A DNA stretch of 64,000 nucleotides, taken from NCBI GenBank assembly GCA_963709505.1, contig CAVPXC010000010.1, forward strand, positions 1 through 64,000, written 5' to 3'. The notes below the pieces were generated by a model. It had not been told where the DNA came from and ran no database searches. It worked only from the letters and a program-made list of their open reading frames with translations. Positions within the stretch are counted from its first letter, which is position 1; each line of letters starts with the position of its first letter. Positions 49,106 through 59,498 of this stretch are shown here, one piece after another. A program made the translations under genes and the position numbers. Origin of the DNA: an uncultured Chloroflexia bacterium. GTDB lineage: Bacteria; Chloroflexota; Anaerolineae; JAAEKA01.

Positions 49106-50822
49106 TTACTTTGCCGGCTCGATCACCAGCAACGAGGTCGGATCCTCCAGCGCCACCTTCGGCTGGTCGGTGATCCACCCAGTGAAGCGATCGGTGCGGT
49201 AAGCCTGGGTTGCCTGCGCGTAGAACGGGATGATGTAGGCCACATCGCGATGCAGGATTTCCTGCATCTTCCAGACGAGTTCCTTGCGCTTCGCCGGGTC
49301 AAGTGCGGTGGCCTGTTGCTTGTAAAGGTCGTCGAATTCGGGGTTGGAGTAGCCGGTTTCGTTGTTGCCGGTAGGAATCTCATCGGTGAGATGCACGCTC
49401 AGCAGGAAGCCGGGGTCGGGATCCGAACCCCAGCCCCAGATCAGGACGTCGTAGTCGAAAGTGGGGCAGCACACAGAGGTCAGCGTGTCGGGGTCGAGCG
49501 CCTGGGGCTCCAGCTTCACGCCGATTTGGGTCCAGGTTTCGGCCAACAGCTCGGCGATGCGCGGCCCGCGTACGTTGTCGCTGGGCCAGAAAAGGCGAAA
49601 GATCAGTGGATTGGATCCGTCCGGCATCTGGCGGACACCGTCGCCATCCGTGTCCTTGTAGCCGGCATCATCCAGCATGCGGTTGGCCTCGGCGATGTCG
49701 AAGGCGTAGTCCTGGATCGTGTTGTTGTACCACACGCCCAGGCCGTCGGGGATGAGGGTGAGGCCGGGCGTGCCCAGCCCTAGCAGCACCACGTCGATGA
49801 TTTTCTGTTTGTCGGTGGCATGAGCTAGAGCCTGGCGCACCGCGCGGTCACCTAGGGCTGGGTGACCAGTACATTGACCATCGGGTGGGCATTTGTCCGG
49901 TGGAACCTGGTTGAGGATGATGTCGGTGACATCCGGCGACAGCGGCGCGCCGATCACCATTTGGATGTCCTTGGCGTTGCGCAGGGTGGGCACAGCCGTC
50001 GTGGGCATCTCGGTGATCATGTCTACTTGCCCGGTCACCAGCGCCTGCACCAAGGCGTCCTGGTTCTGGAACGTTTGGAGTACCACTTCGTCCACCTTGG
50101 GTGGGGTTGCGGGATGGTCCTTGATGGCGGCCAGGTGGATGAACTCGCCCTGCTTGTACTCCAGCAGCTTGAAGGGACCACTGCCGATCATCTCTTTGTT
50201 TTCGAAAGCGGCCGCGCCCTCTGGCGTGTCGTGCTCGGCCCAGATGTGCTCGGGCAGGATGTACATGAAGTAGAGCTGGCTCTCCATGTTGGGGATCGGC
50301 TCGGTCAAGGGTGATCACCACCGTTTGGTCGTCCGGCGCTTCGACGCTCTCGAAGTACTTGGTGTACACCGGCATGTAGGGAAAGTCTTCGTGCTTCCCG
50401 TAGAAATTGTAGCTGAAGACGACATCCTTGGCCGTTACGGCCTGACCGTCGTGCCATTTGAAATCGTCGCGCAGGGTGAAGGTCCAGATCTTGCCGTCCG
50501 GGGAGACCTCCCAGCTTTTGGCCAGGTCGGGCGAGAAGGTGTTGTCGAGGTTGAGATCGAACATCGAGCTGTAGGCCAGCTCGAACGTAGAGTAGGCCTC
50601 GGCGAGGGTGGCTGAGCCGGGGTTGAGAGTATCCGGGCTACCGCCCCAGCCGATACGCACGACGGCTTTGTCTTGCGGCGGAGCGGCTGGGGGCTCGCTC
50701 GTAGCCGGGGCTTCGACCCCAGTCGCCTGGGGCGCGGGTGCGGGCGCGGCGCCTCCGCAGGCCGTCGCCAGCAGCGCCACGATCAGCAAAACGCCAACCC
50801 AAAACGGTGTGCGGGCAGTCAT
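49106..50822 (-). CDS. peptide/nickel ABC substrate-binding lipoprotein (family 5), apparent frameshift near 50300
   Basis: Signal/lipobox (LLATACGG); SBP family-5 fold split between ORFs 49848-50822 and 49106-50308. Confidence 0.7.
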
Positions 50823-50885
50823 GGTGTCCTCCTTATGAACTCCAGTTGATGGACGATGCTATCTTTATAACCCAGCTTGGTACTC

Positions 50886-51000
50886 GTGTCAATCGAGGGT
50901 GACAGGTGGGAAGTTGCAGGTGGCAAATTGCAAGTCGCAAATTCTCTCATATTCCGTACCTGCGACTTGCAACCTGCCACCTGCAACCTGCCACCTGTCA
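50886..51000. repeat. hexamer palindromic repeat block (GCAGGTGGCAAATTGCAAG ... CTTGCAACCTGCCACCTGC)
   Basis: Inverted halves; same family as 28246 and 39497. Confidence 0.7.
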
Positions 51001-51766
51001 CTGCCGGCCCAGGTCGAATTCGGCCAGCACTGGGTAGTGGTCTGACGCATGGTGCACGGCTGCCGGCTCGGTGACGACGTCGCACCGCCGCAGATGGCCG
51101 ATCAGGGAAGCGTCTGCGAAGATGTAGTCCAGACGGACGCCTGGGTCGGGTGGAGGGAGTGTATAGCCGGTGTCATTCGGGTGCAACGTCCGGTAGCAGT
51201 CTGACGAAGCCGGCGGATTGCATCTGGCGCACTGCCAGCCGCAGCTTGCCGTTGCCGTGTAGCCAGAAACGCAGGGCCGCTGCCCTGTACAGCCTTTCGA
51301 GGCGCATCGGATCGTGCGGGGCCACGGCGTTGAAATCGCCCATGACTAAACATGGTTGGCCTGAGACTGGCCGCGTCTGGCGGAGCATGGTCCACACCTC
51401 CCAGGCCCGCCAGAGCTCGCGGCCGATACTGTAGAGCGGGATCGTGTGGATGCCGAAGACGTGCAGCGGGCCCACGGTCGGATGGCGGAGCGTGGCTTCG
51501 AGGATCACATGGTGCACCGGCGGATACGGATGATGGCTGCAGGCCTCCACGATTGGCCAGCGGCTGAGCAGCGCTATGTGGCGGGTTGAGTTGCCTTCGA
51601 CGACTGCGGCCTGCAGCGACAGCCTGGCTGCCAGCCGCTCCGCCAAGCCGTTCTGATACACCTCTTGCAGCACGGCTATGTCGGGCCGGACTGTCTCGAG
51701 CACGTCGGCGATGAGTGGCTCGCGACCCACGCCGCCGTCCAGGATGTTGTAGGTGAGGACACGCAT
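50998..51766 (-). CDS. endonuclease/exonuclease/phosphatase (EEP) family protein, apparent frameshift near 51180
   Basis: N-terminal MRVLTYNILDGG ... and the C-terminal SDHYPVLAEF motif lie in two frames. Confidence 0.6.
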
Positions 51767-51769
51767 TGG

Positions 51770-52640
51770 CTATGCGCCCAGCCCAGCGGTGGCTTCACGC
51801 CAAGCTCGCTTGCTCTGGCGGAGAGTGTGCTGCTCGCGGATCTCCCGCACGGTCTCTAGTTTTTCGTCAACTGCTGCCTCCAGCCACAGCCGGCCCTTTT
51901 CTGCGGTTCCTTGACGCCCATCGCCGTAGATGCCGGTCACCGTGTCGTCGCTCCACGGCGGGTTGGCGATCAGGCGGCCGCTTTCGACCCAGTCCATGGC
52001 GTAGTTGGCCGTCGTGACGAAATCAATCTCAGTCGTGGCGCGGTCCATGTGCACTAGATCGGGCCGCAGGTGCAGCACGTAACTGGTCTCCAGCTCGCCG
52101 CCGTGCCCCATGCCGCCGAGCGCAGTCTGCCGATAGCGCTGCAAAGCCGGGCCGGTGGTGTGCAGCCATTCGGTGGCGATGAACCGGCGCGGATGCCGCT
52201 CGCCGGCCAGTTTGACGACGTTGACCAGGAAAGAGTGGTTGCCGCCGTGGCCGTTGGAGAAGAGGATCGTTTGGGCGCCCAGCGCGGCCAGCCGGTCGAC
52301 GATGGCGAGGAAGAAGTCCTCGAACACCCGACCACCCAAGTTGAGGGTGCCCGGAAACTCGCGCGTGTGAGTGCTGACGCCGTACGGCCAGGCTGGCAGG
52401 CACCACACCTCGTCCGGCGCGCGCGCCGCCAACCCATCGGCGATGGCCTGGACGATCAGGGTATCGGTGCTGAGTGGCAGGTGGTAGCCGTGTTGCTCGG
52501 TGTGGCCGGTGCTAATGACTACAACGCGCTGGGCGAGATCAGCGGGCCACCGTGGAGACAGTCGAGGTTGGCATGGTGTCTCGATGAGGACTACATTGCT
52601 TGGGCCGGTCTCCGACCGAGCCTCCGCTTCCGATCGCATT
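51770..52640 (-). CDS. creatininase-family amidohydrolase; start uncertain
   Basis: VVISTGHTEQHGYHLPLSTDT metal-binding motif and full fold. Confidence 0.6.
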
Positions 52641-52941
52641 GGTCGGTGAGGAAAAACACGCGCCGAAAGCCTTGCGCCCGCAGTTCCTTGCTTACACCAA
52701 GCAGCACTCGTCGCCATAATCCGGAGTGCAGCGCGAGGTGATCCAGCGGGTCTCCATTGGACCGATGGAAGCCGTATGGAAGCGCCGGCAGCAGGACCAC
52801 TTGGCTGACGTTGAGGTGCTGCGCAACGGACGCCAGATCGTAGTCGCCTAAGCCCAGCGGGATGAGCATGGGTAAATCCCGAGGTAGCGCAGTTACTTCG
52901 GGCCAGGTTAGATTAGCGTAGGAAGTGATCTGTAGCATCAG

Positions 52942-53110
52942 GTCACCAGGGGCACGGTCGGAGACCGGCCCGAGCAGCATGTGAAGTCACCAGGGGCACG
53001 GTCGGAGACCGGCCCGAGCAGCATGTGAGTCACCAGGGGCACGGTCGGAGACCGGCCCGAGCAGCATGTGAGTCACCAGGGGCACGGTCGGAGACCGGCC
53101 CGAGCAGTAC
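52942..53110. repeat. ~3.9 copies of a 43-bp tandem repeat (GTCACCAGGGGCACGGTCGGAGACCGGCCCGAGCAGCATGTGA)
   Basis: Read directly; the core GGTCGGAGACCGGCCCGAGCA also occurs twice at 13985-14060. Confidence 0.85.
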
Positions 53111-53132
53111 AGGACCGGCCTGAGCAGGGAGA

Positions 53133-55130
53133 TCAGAGCAGATACCAGTCCAAGAAGCGCTCCATCGTCGCATAGAAGTGCTGGAGATTGCCGATCTGCA
53201 GGAAGCCGTGGCCTTCGCCTTCGTAGACGAAAAACTCGAAGGTCTTGCCCTCGCGCTTCAGCGCTTCAACCAACTGCTCGCTCTGCTTGGGGTGGACGCG
53301 CTCGTCGTCGGCGCCGTGCAAAATCAGGAGCGGCGCCTGGATGGCGGCCACGTCGTGGATCGGCGAGCCGGCGCGGTAGCCGGCGTGGTTGGCGGCGGGG
53401 TGCCCCATCTGCCGTTCCAGGTCCTCGCGGCCGATTCGGTCACCCTGCGCCCACGAGGCCAGGATGTCGCAATCCCCGAACTTGGCCACGCCGCAGGCGA
53501 AGCGGTGCTGTGGATCGCGCGCCAGCGCTAGCAGCGCCAGGTAGCTTCCATAGCTCGCGCCGTAGATGCCCAGCCGTTGGCCGTCCACCCAATCTAAACC
53601 GGTCAGGTGATCGGCCGCGGCCAGCATGTCGTCGGTGTCCACGATGCCCCAGGCGCCGTGCAGTGCGTGTTGATGCGCTAAGCCATAGCCCGTGCTGCCG
53701 CGGAAGTTGGGCGTCAACACGGCATAGCCCTTGGCGACCAGCCACTGCACCAGGATGTCCCATGTGCGAGCGTATTCGTCGGTCGGCCCACCGTGCGGAT
53801 AGACGATGGCCGGGCAGGGTTTTTCGCTTGAGGCGGTGGGCGGACGGAACAGCAGGGCCGGGATGCTGGCACCGTGCGTGCTGGGATAGGTCACGAATTC
53901 GGGCTGAACCAGGCCGGCGCCGGCTAAGGCCGGCGGCATGGACGCCGTCAACGGCCGCGCCGCGCCCGTCGTCGCATCGACCTGGTAGATGTCGGGCGGT
54001 TCAGTAGGGCTCTCGAACTCCACGGTCAGCCAGCGCCCGTCCGGGCTCCACTGCGGCCGGCTGTGCCAGCCGGGTCCGTCCCTCAATACGGTCTCTTGGC
54101 CCGAAGCTACGTCGAGCAGACAGAGGTCGCTCGTGCCTTGGCGGTTGACGACCAAGGCGATTGTTAGGCCGTCGGGGCGCCAGGCGAAGTCTTGGATGTC
54201 GGCGTGGGTTTGGGTGAGCCCCTGAACCCCCTCCCCGGCCCTCCCCCTAGGAAGGGGAGGGGGGCTGTTGTGCATGCTGTCAAGGGGGGCACGAGCATCT
54301 TGGACCTCGCCGGCCTTTTCCTCAAGGGAGGGAGATAGAGACAGAATGTACAGCTCGCGCCAGCCGGTGCGGTTGGAGGTGAAGGCGATGGCTTTGCCGT
54401 CGGGCGACCAGCGGGGGTTTTTGTCCCAGACTGTGGCGGCGCCGGTGAGATGCGTGACCTGGCCACCGGCTGCCGGCACGATGCAAATCTCAGATCGGTT
54501 GAGATCCTCCTGCGGCTGGTAGACAAAGGCGATGAGGCTGCCGTCGGGCGACGGCTGCGGGTCGGAGACGTCGGCTTGGAAATGGGTCAGTGCTGCGGGC
54601 CAGGCGCCCTCTGGCGACGTGGCGCACAGGTTTTCGAACGTCCCCCGGCCGCTGAGGAAGTAGACGCGGCGTCCGTCCGGGCTGAAGATCGGGTTGGAAT
54701 CGCCGTGCTTGAAGTCGGTCAGCCGGCGGGCGCGGCCGGTCTCGACGTCCACTTTCCAAATGTCTTCTTGCGCCGCATAGACGAGCGATCGGCTATCCGG
54801 GCTCCAGCGCGGGGCTTCGTCCGACCAGAAGGTCTGCGCGGGGCGGTCGAAGGTCAGCCGTTGCGGCCAAGCAGCCGGCGCGCAGCCGTCGACAGGCAAA
54901 ACGTACAGATCGTTGTTGCCGTCCCGTTGCCAGACGAAGGCCACTAGCCGGCCATCCGGCGACAACGCGTGATGGATAATCAAAGGAACGCCTGTCAGCA
55001 GGTCGAGGCTCCACGGCGCGGGCATCTTTCGATCCGGCCGCGCCTGCGCCGGCCAGCCGTTGCGTTCCTCTTTCAGGATTGTTGCCTTCATGCGTTTCTC
55101 AACACCTCCTCCGGCATTAACAATTGTCAA
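53133..55130 (-). CDS. S9-family serine peptidase with N-terminal beta-propeller (TolB-like) domain
   Basis: GASYGSY nucleophile elbow, Asp/His downstream, WD40-like propeller repeats. Contains an in-frame G-rich palindromic insertion at ~54228-54272. Confidence 0.8.
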   Translation of the reverse strand: MTIVNAGGGVEKRMKATILKEERNGWPAQARPDRKMPAPWSLDLLTGVPLIIHHALSPDGRLVAFVWQRDGNNDLYVLPVDGCAPAAWPQRLTFDRPAQTFWSDEAPRWSPDSRSLVYAAQEDIWKVDVETGRARRLTDFKHGDSNPIFSPDGRRVYFLSGRGTFENLCATSPEGAWPAALTHFQADVSDPQPSPDGSLIAFVYQPQEDLNRSEICIVPAAGGQVTHLTGAATVWDKNPRWSPDGKAIAFTSNRTGWRELYILSLSPSLEEKAGEVQDARAPLDSMHNSPPPLPRGRAGEGVQGLTQTHADIQDFAWRPDGLTIALVVNRQGTSDLCLLDVASGQETVLRDGPGWHSRPQWSPDGRWLTVEFESPTEPPDIYQVDATTGAARPLTASMPPALAGAGLVQPEFVTYPSTHGASIPALLFRPPTASSEKPCPAIVYPHGGPTDEYARTWDILVQWLVAKGYAVLTPNFRGSTGYGLAHQHALHGAWGIVDTDDMLAAADHLTGLDWVDGQRLGIYGASYGSYLALLALARDPQHRFACGVAKFGDCDILASWAQGDRIGREDLERQMGHPAANHAGYRAGSPIHDVAAIQAPLLILHGADDERVHPKQSEQLVEALKREGKTFEFFVYEGEGHGFLQIGNLQHFYATMERFLDWYLL

Positions 55131-55167
55131 TTGTCAATTGTCAATTGACAATTGTTAATGCCGGAGG
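55108..55167. repeat. palindrome CCTCCGGCATTAACAATTG(TCAATTG)nACAATTGTTAATGCCGGAGG
   Basis: At the S9 start / C45 stop junction; CAATTG family. Confidence 0.75.
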
Positions 55168-56296
55168 CTTCCAGTGCATAAGAGTGGTACTGCGCCCGGC
55201 ACGGCGTGCCCCAAGCCACGTGCATCGTCTGGCTGGTCAGGTCCATCACCAGCGAGGCGATGGTCTGCTGGCGCTCCATGGGAGCGTCGGCGATCTCGAC
55301 GTGGCTGCAGATGGACTGGGGGTAGTTGACGTGGTCGGACAGGATGGTCTGGAGGGACTTGAGGCTCAGCTTGCCGGCCTGGCTGCGCAGCAGGCGAAAG
55401 GCGCGGTTGTAGCGCACGCGGGAGGAAATCAGCTCTTCGCTATCGCGCTCGACGCCCCGCATATGCGGTGAAACATAGTTGTTGGTATGAGCCAGCACGC
55501 CGTCGGCGCCGTAGATGACCTCGAAGTCCTCGGCCGAGACCTCGACATTGACCATCTCCCCGCTGACGTGGGCGATCAGGTGGTTGTAGCCGGCGGCGCG
55601 GCGGCGGTTGAGTGCAGCGCGGATGGCCTCGGATGGCGTGCGTGCGGCCAGCACCGCCCGCGAGACGAAGATGCGCGGCACGCCGATGCGCACGTCGTTG
55701 GGATAGACCGAGTCGCAGCATTGGGCGATGCCGTGTTCGTTGAAGCCGATATTGGGCAGCAGGCCGCCGTAGGTGATCGCCAGGAAGGCCGGCTCGGCCG
55801 CGGGCCGGGCGTGGACTACGTAGACCGTGTCGAAGTCGTCGGGCAGCCAGTCCTCGTTGTGCCCGACCAGCAGCGATTGGTCGGCGGTGACCTCGGGCGC
55901 AGCCGCGAGGCTGGTGCAGCCCGCGTGGAGCGCGTCCTCGGTCAGCGCCTCCATGCAGTTGAGCACCAGCAGGTCGTTGAAGTCCATCTCGGCGCCGTCG
56001 GCAATGCCGTGCAGCTCCTCGACGTATTGCGGCACGCTCTGCTCGGCGAAGGGGAGATATTTGCGCGAATGCAGGATCGCTTCGTTCCAGTCGCGCAGCT
56101 TGAGGCGCTCGCTCTCCTCCTCCAGGAGGCGCCGGTAGGTGGCCAGCATCTGGTGGATGACCTCGCGGCGATGCTGGCCGATCTGCCTGCCCATGGCCAG
56201 GGGGCTGCCCTCGGCGTAGACGATGGGAACGGGCTGGCGCGTGGCGTAGGATGCTGGGTCGCTGGCTGAGACTGAGTAAACACCGGGGTCAGGCAT
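55127..56296 (-). CDS. C45-family (acyl-CoA:6-APA acyltransferase-like) Ntn-hydrolase
   Basis: 389 aa with a C45/AAT-like fold (Cys nucleophile context GCTSLAA). Confidence 0.5.
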   Translation of the reverse strand: MPDPGVYSVSASDPASYATRQPVPIVYAEGSPLAMGRQIGQHRREVIHQMLATYRRLLEEESERLKLRDWNEAILHSRKYLPFAEQSVPQYVEELHGIADGAEMDFNDLLVLNCMEALTEDALHAGCTSLAAAPEVTADQSLLVGHNEDWLPDDFDTVYVVHARPAAEPAFLAITYGGLLPNIGFNEHGIAQCCDSVYPNDVRIGVPRIFVSRAVLAARTPSEAIRAALNRRRAAGYNHLIAHVSGEMVNVEVSAEDFEVIYGADGVLAHTNNYVSPHMRGVERDSEELISSRVRYNRAFRLLRSQAGKLSLKSLQTILSDHVNYPQSICSHVEIADAPMERQQTIASLVMDLTSQTMHVAWGTPCRAQYHSYALEASGINNCQLTIDN

Positions 56297-56326
56297 AGGT
56301 TGCTTCCATGTGAGGCGCCGGGGGAC

Positions 56327-58084
56327 TTACAGTTCTGCGCGATTTAGCTCGTCCTGCAACGCGGGCAGCCGGCGGTTCTCTTGACGGATTTGTGTAATCA
56401 GCGCGGTCCAACGTTCCGCCTGGTTCGTCTGCAGCAACAGCGCTCGAGCCCGTGCCAAGACTTGAGCCGCCTCGGCGTAACTGGTACGTCCGCGGCGATC
56501 GATGAGTTGGGTGGCGGCTTGGACATAGAGATCGATGGCGGCTTGGGGACGTTCCGCCTCGGCCGCGTGGGCAACGGCTAGCACCATATGATCCGAGGCA
56601 TAGGGGTACGCTCGCCGCAGTGTTGCCAGCGCGTCCAATGCAGAATCGATCTGGCCCTCGTGGAGGAAGATCTGTACACACACTTCATAGTGCTTGGCCT
56701 GTCGCAGTTCGTCCAGCAACGCTGGGCGAACCGTGTCCCAGTTGCCGAGCCGCTGTGCCGCCTCGCTAACTCGGACGTAAGTCTGCACATCGGGCCGTAA
56801 GGCAAAGAGCTGGCGAGACAGCCCTAGGGCCGCTTCATAGCGTTGGCCGACCATGTCGTAACTGATCAACCACTCGAACAACCGGGTATCGCGACTCTGG
56901 GGCAAACGCTCGCGGATCAAGCCCGCAACAACCTGCTCGTGGCCGGCGGCCTGAAACACGTCGACCAGGCCAAGCAAAGCATAGTCGCCAGCCTGGCGAG
57001 CTGCCTTAGTTGCCTCCTCAATCCGTTTTAGCTGCAACAGCCGCCGCACCAGATCGTTCAAGCGCCCCGTCTCGCGGCATATCCGCAGATAAGACTCGTC
57101 GTCCAGACGGTCCCCCTCAAGCTCCAGTAGGAAGCCACCGATGACGCCTCGTTTCCAGCCGCTGCTGTAACTGTCGGTATCGGACTCCGGCAGCGCGCGA
57201 CGCACCCATTCGGCGACCAGGGCTTTTTCGGTTTCGGTTGTCTCCTCGACCATAGCCGCCTGACTGCTGTCGCCGGTACCCACGCCGCCCATGGTGATGT
57301 CCCACTGCCAGATACGGAAGAGCGTCTCCAGCAAGGCGCGCCGCAGGATTGGATCGGCGGCGTGGTCCAGGCAGTCGACCAGCCCGTCCGCACACTCTGC
57401 CACGATGGCGACGAATTCGCCTTCTTCCTCGTACAGATTATGGTAGTCTTCCAGGATCACATCGGCGATGGTGGCATAGACCACGGCGGCGTTCTGCCAA
57501 TCGCCGGCCGCGGCATACTCATCGCCAGGACTGATGAGTGCCGCAACTTTTGCAGCCGCAGCGTACGACGCGCCCCATTCGCGAGGGAAGTGATCTGTCA
57601 CATGTCGCACCTGTCGTCGGATGATGTCTGCATCCAGGGGAGAAATTGCTGCGGAGCTGCCAGGCAGCGGCATCAAGACGATCAACTCGGCTTCAGGATA
57701 GGTATCGACGATCTTCACGATGATCCGGGCCAGTTCCTCCTTGCTAAGCCGAGACAGCGATTCCTCCAGATCCTTCATCTTCTGGAAACTGTCTGGGCTG
57801 GAGAGCCAGGTCAACAGCACGGCTGCGACGTGTTTGCACCGGCCGCCAGCGCCGACAGGGCACGAGCAATCGCCGAACACGATACCTTCGTCGTCGAAGG
57901 TGATCTCGACGTGGTAGGGCTGATCGGCTGATCCCCAGCACTCGGCTTTCAGAGTCGCCCCTTCCAGCCGCGGGTGCACGACCGCGCCGGATTGGGCGTA
58001 CCGTTGGCCACGGCTAAGCGACTGCGCGTCGATCCAGGAACGGATTTGCTTTTCTGTCAATTGGGGTGGAAAGCTCATGGGCAT
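56327..58084 (-). CDS. SWIM zinc-finger protein with C-terminal helical (TPR-like) region
   Basis: CxCxnCxH SWIM motif (GDCSCPVGAGGRCKHVAAVL) near the N-terminus. Confidence 0.65.
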   Translation of the reverse strand: MPMSFPPQLTEKQIRSWIDAQSLSRGQRYAQSGAVVHPRLEGATLKAECWGSADQPYHVEITFDDEGIVFGDCSCPVGAGGRCKHVAAVLLTWLSSPDSFQKMKDLEESLSRLSKEELARIIVKIVDTYPEAELIVLMPLPGSSAAISPLDADIIRRQVRHVTDHFPREWGASYAAAAKVAALISPGDEYAAAGDWQNAAVVYATIADVILEDYHNLYEEEGEFVAIVAECADGLVDCLDHAADPILRRALLETLFRIWQWDITMGGVGTGDSSQAAMVEETTETEKALVAEWVRRALPESDTDSYSSGWKRGVIGGFLLELEGDRLDDESYLRICRETGRLNDLVRRLLQLKRIEEATKAARQAGDYALLGLVDVFQAAGHEQVVAGLIRERLPQSRDTRLFEWLISYDMVGQRYEAALGLSRQLFALRPDVQTYVRVSEAAQRLGNWDTVRPALLDELRQAKHYEVCVQIFLHEGQIDSALDALATLRRAYPYASDHMVLAVAHAAEAERPQAAIDLYVQAATQLIDRRGRTSYAEAAQVLARARALLLQTNQAERWTALITQIRQENRRLPALQDELNRAEL

Positions 58085-58142
58085 AGTGACCCAACCCGTT
58101 TGGTGGCGCGACCTGATTTGTTAGGTGGCTTCAGTGTCACTG

Positions 58143-58619
58143 TTAACGCGGTCTAGCATCGCCTGGATCTCTTCGATCAGAAAAGGCAGGTTTGGCTTGG
58201 TGAAGCTCAGGCCGGGAGCGGGGATGCGGTGATGCTTGATATCGGGGGGGACATGCTTGTGGTGGGGAAGGGTAGATGCGAGTGTGGGATCGTTGGGATG
58301 CGGCTGTGAAATCGTACCAGTAGAGCTTCTCCTTTCCGCCGTAATGGACTGCACAGTAGACATCGGCTGATGGAAGTGCTTTTTGGGTGTATGGAGGGAT
58401 TGATCGCGTCACTTCGTAGCGATACGACAAGATGCATCCTTGTCGGAAGTCCAGAAGCTCATAGACACAGAGTACGATCTCTCCGCCCAAAGCCAACAGG
58501 CCTGTCAACTGCGCCAGGGAGAGGCCGGGTGGCGCTATGACCAGTGTGCTTAGTTGAATGGCGGAATAGCGAGAGGGCAGTGTGTAAACCAACTCTTCGT
58601 AGTCGGAGCGTCTCAGCAT
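58143..58619 (-). CDS. hypothetical protein (158 aa, low-complexity Pro/Arg tail)
   Basis: 10 nt downstream of the preceding small gene; region GC noticeably lower than flanks. Confidence 0.35.
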   Translation of the reverse strand: MLRRSDYEELVYTLPSRYSAIQLSTLVIAPPGLSLAQLTGLLALGGEIVLCVYELLDFRQGCILSYRYEVTRSIPPYTQKALPSADVYCAVHYGGKEKLYWYDFTAASQRSHTRIYPSPPQACPPRYQASPHPRSRPELHQAKPAFSDRRDPGDARPR

Positions 58620-58629
58620 CGCACCCCCC

Positions 58630-58905
58630 TCAGGCTGCCATTGGCGCTGCTCGCAGTTGTTCGATCAGGGAGTGGCGTCTCAATAAATCCTGGTAGGTCT
58701 CTTGGCGCCAATGCCACGCCTTGCAGAGACCATGCCACTCCATGAAGTCATGGAAGTGCGGATCGTCGATGTCATCGAAATCAGCCAACTCCCCGGCCTC
58801 CATCGCCTTGAAGAAGTCCTCCGATCGAACCCCATATCGATCTTCGAATTTGCGCAGTTGCCACTCGATCCAATGGATTTCACGCAGAAGTTCTTTCAGT
58901 TCCAT
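58630..58905 (-). CDS. hypothetical small acidic protein (~92 aa, MELKELLREIHWIEWQLRKFEDRYGVRSEDFF...)
   Basis: Start taken at the internal Met; forms a two-gene cassette with 58143-58619. Confidence 0.4.
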   Translation of the reverse strand: MELKELLREIHWIEWQLRKFEDRYGVRSEDFFKAMEAGELADFDDIDDPHFHDFMEWHGLCKAWHWRQETYQDLLRRHSLIEQLRAAPMAA

Positions 58906-59027
58906 GACAAACTCCTTGCAAGGGTCAGAGCCAGCCTCTGTTGGACACAGTATACAGCAGGTTACGCTGAAGATCAACCGGACCGATTTGTATTAGCGAT
59001 CCTCCACCACCGCGGTCTCCTCCTCCG

Positions 59028-59498
59028 TCAGTCCCCAGGCACGCTAGCATCACCCGCGTCCGCCCGCTCTTCTTGTTCTGCAGCCAGCAGTTCAAGGCAG
59101 AAATCACGGAAACGCTCCAGGAAGACTAGATCCGCTTGCAGATAGGAGTAGATTTGCTCCACATCCACATCCCAGTACAGGTGGACCAGGCGATTGCGCA
59201 GCGAGACCATGTCGCTCATGGTGTTGGCGTAATCGGCGTCAAGGTAGCCCGCGTTCGCCAATGACTGGAACAAATCGCGCTGGGATTGCGGCTGGCCAAG
59301 GCCGTAGGTCGACACCAGGTGGCTGGAGATATCGGTGCAGGTTTCAATCGCTGCCTGCAGAGCCCTTTCGGTGGCTAGTTGCGCCGTGTAATCATCGGTG
59401 AACTCATCGAGCGTGAGATGCTGCTGTTTCTCTAACTCGCCGATGTACTGTTCTAATTTGCGCAAGCGCAGCCTGATACTCTTCTCGTTTAGCGTCAT
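59028..59498 (-). CDS. hepT: HepT (DUF86 HEPN-fold RNase toxin)
   Basis: HEPN Rx4HxY motif (LRNRLVHLYWDVD); sits downstream of and overlapping the MNT gene. Confidence 0.7.
   Translation of the reverse strand: MTLNEKSIRLRLRKLEQYIGELEKQQHLTLDEFTDDYTAQLATERALQAAIETCTDISSHLVSTYGLGQPQSQRDLFQSLANAGYLDADYANTMSDMVSLRNRLVHLYWDVDVEQIYSYLQADLVFLERFRDFCLELLAAEQEERADAGDASVPGD

Noticed and set aside
52591-52980. Second creatininase-like N-terminus (129-aa ORF)
   Set aside because: Lacks the His/Glu metal-binding residues (has PLGLGDYDL, not the creatininase EQHG motif) and overlaps the creatininase-family gene start. Left unannotated as an uncertain ORF.
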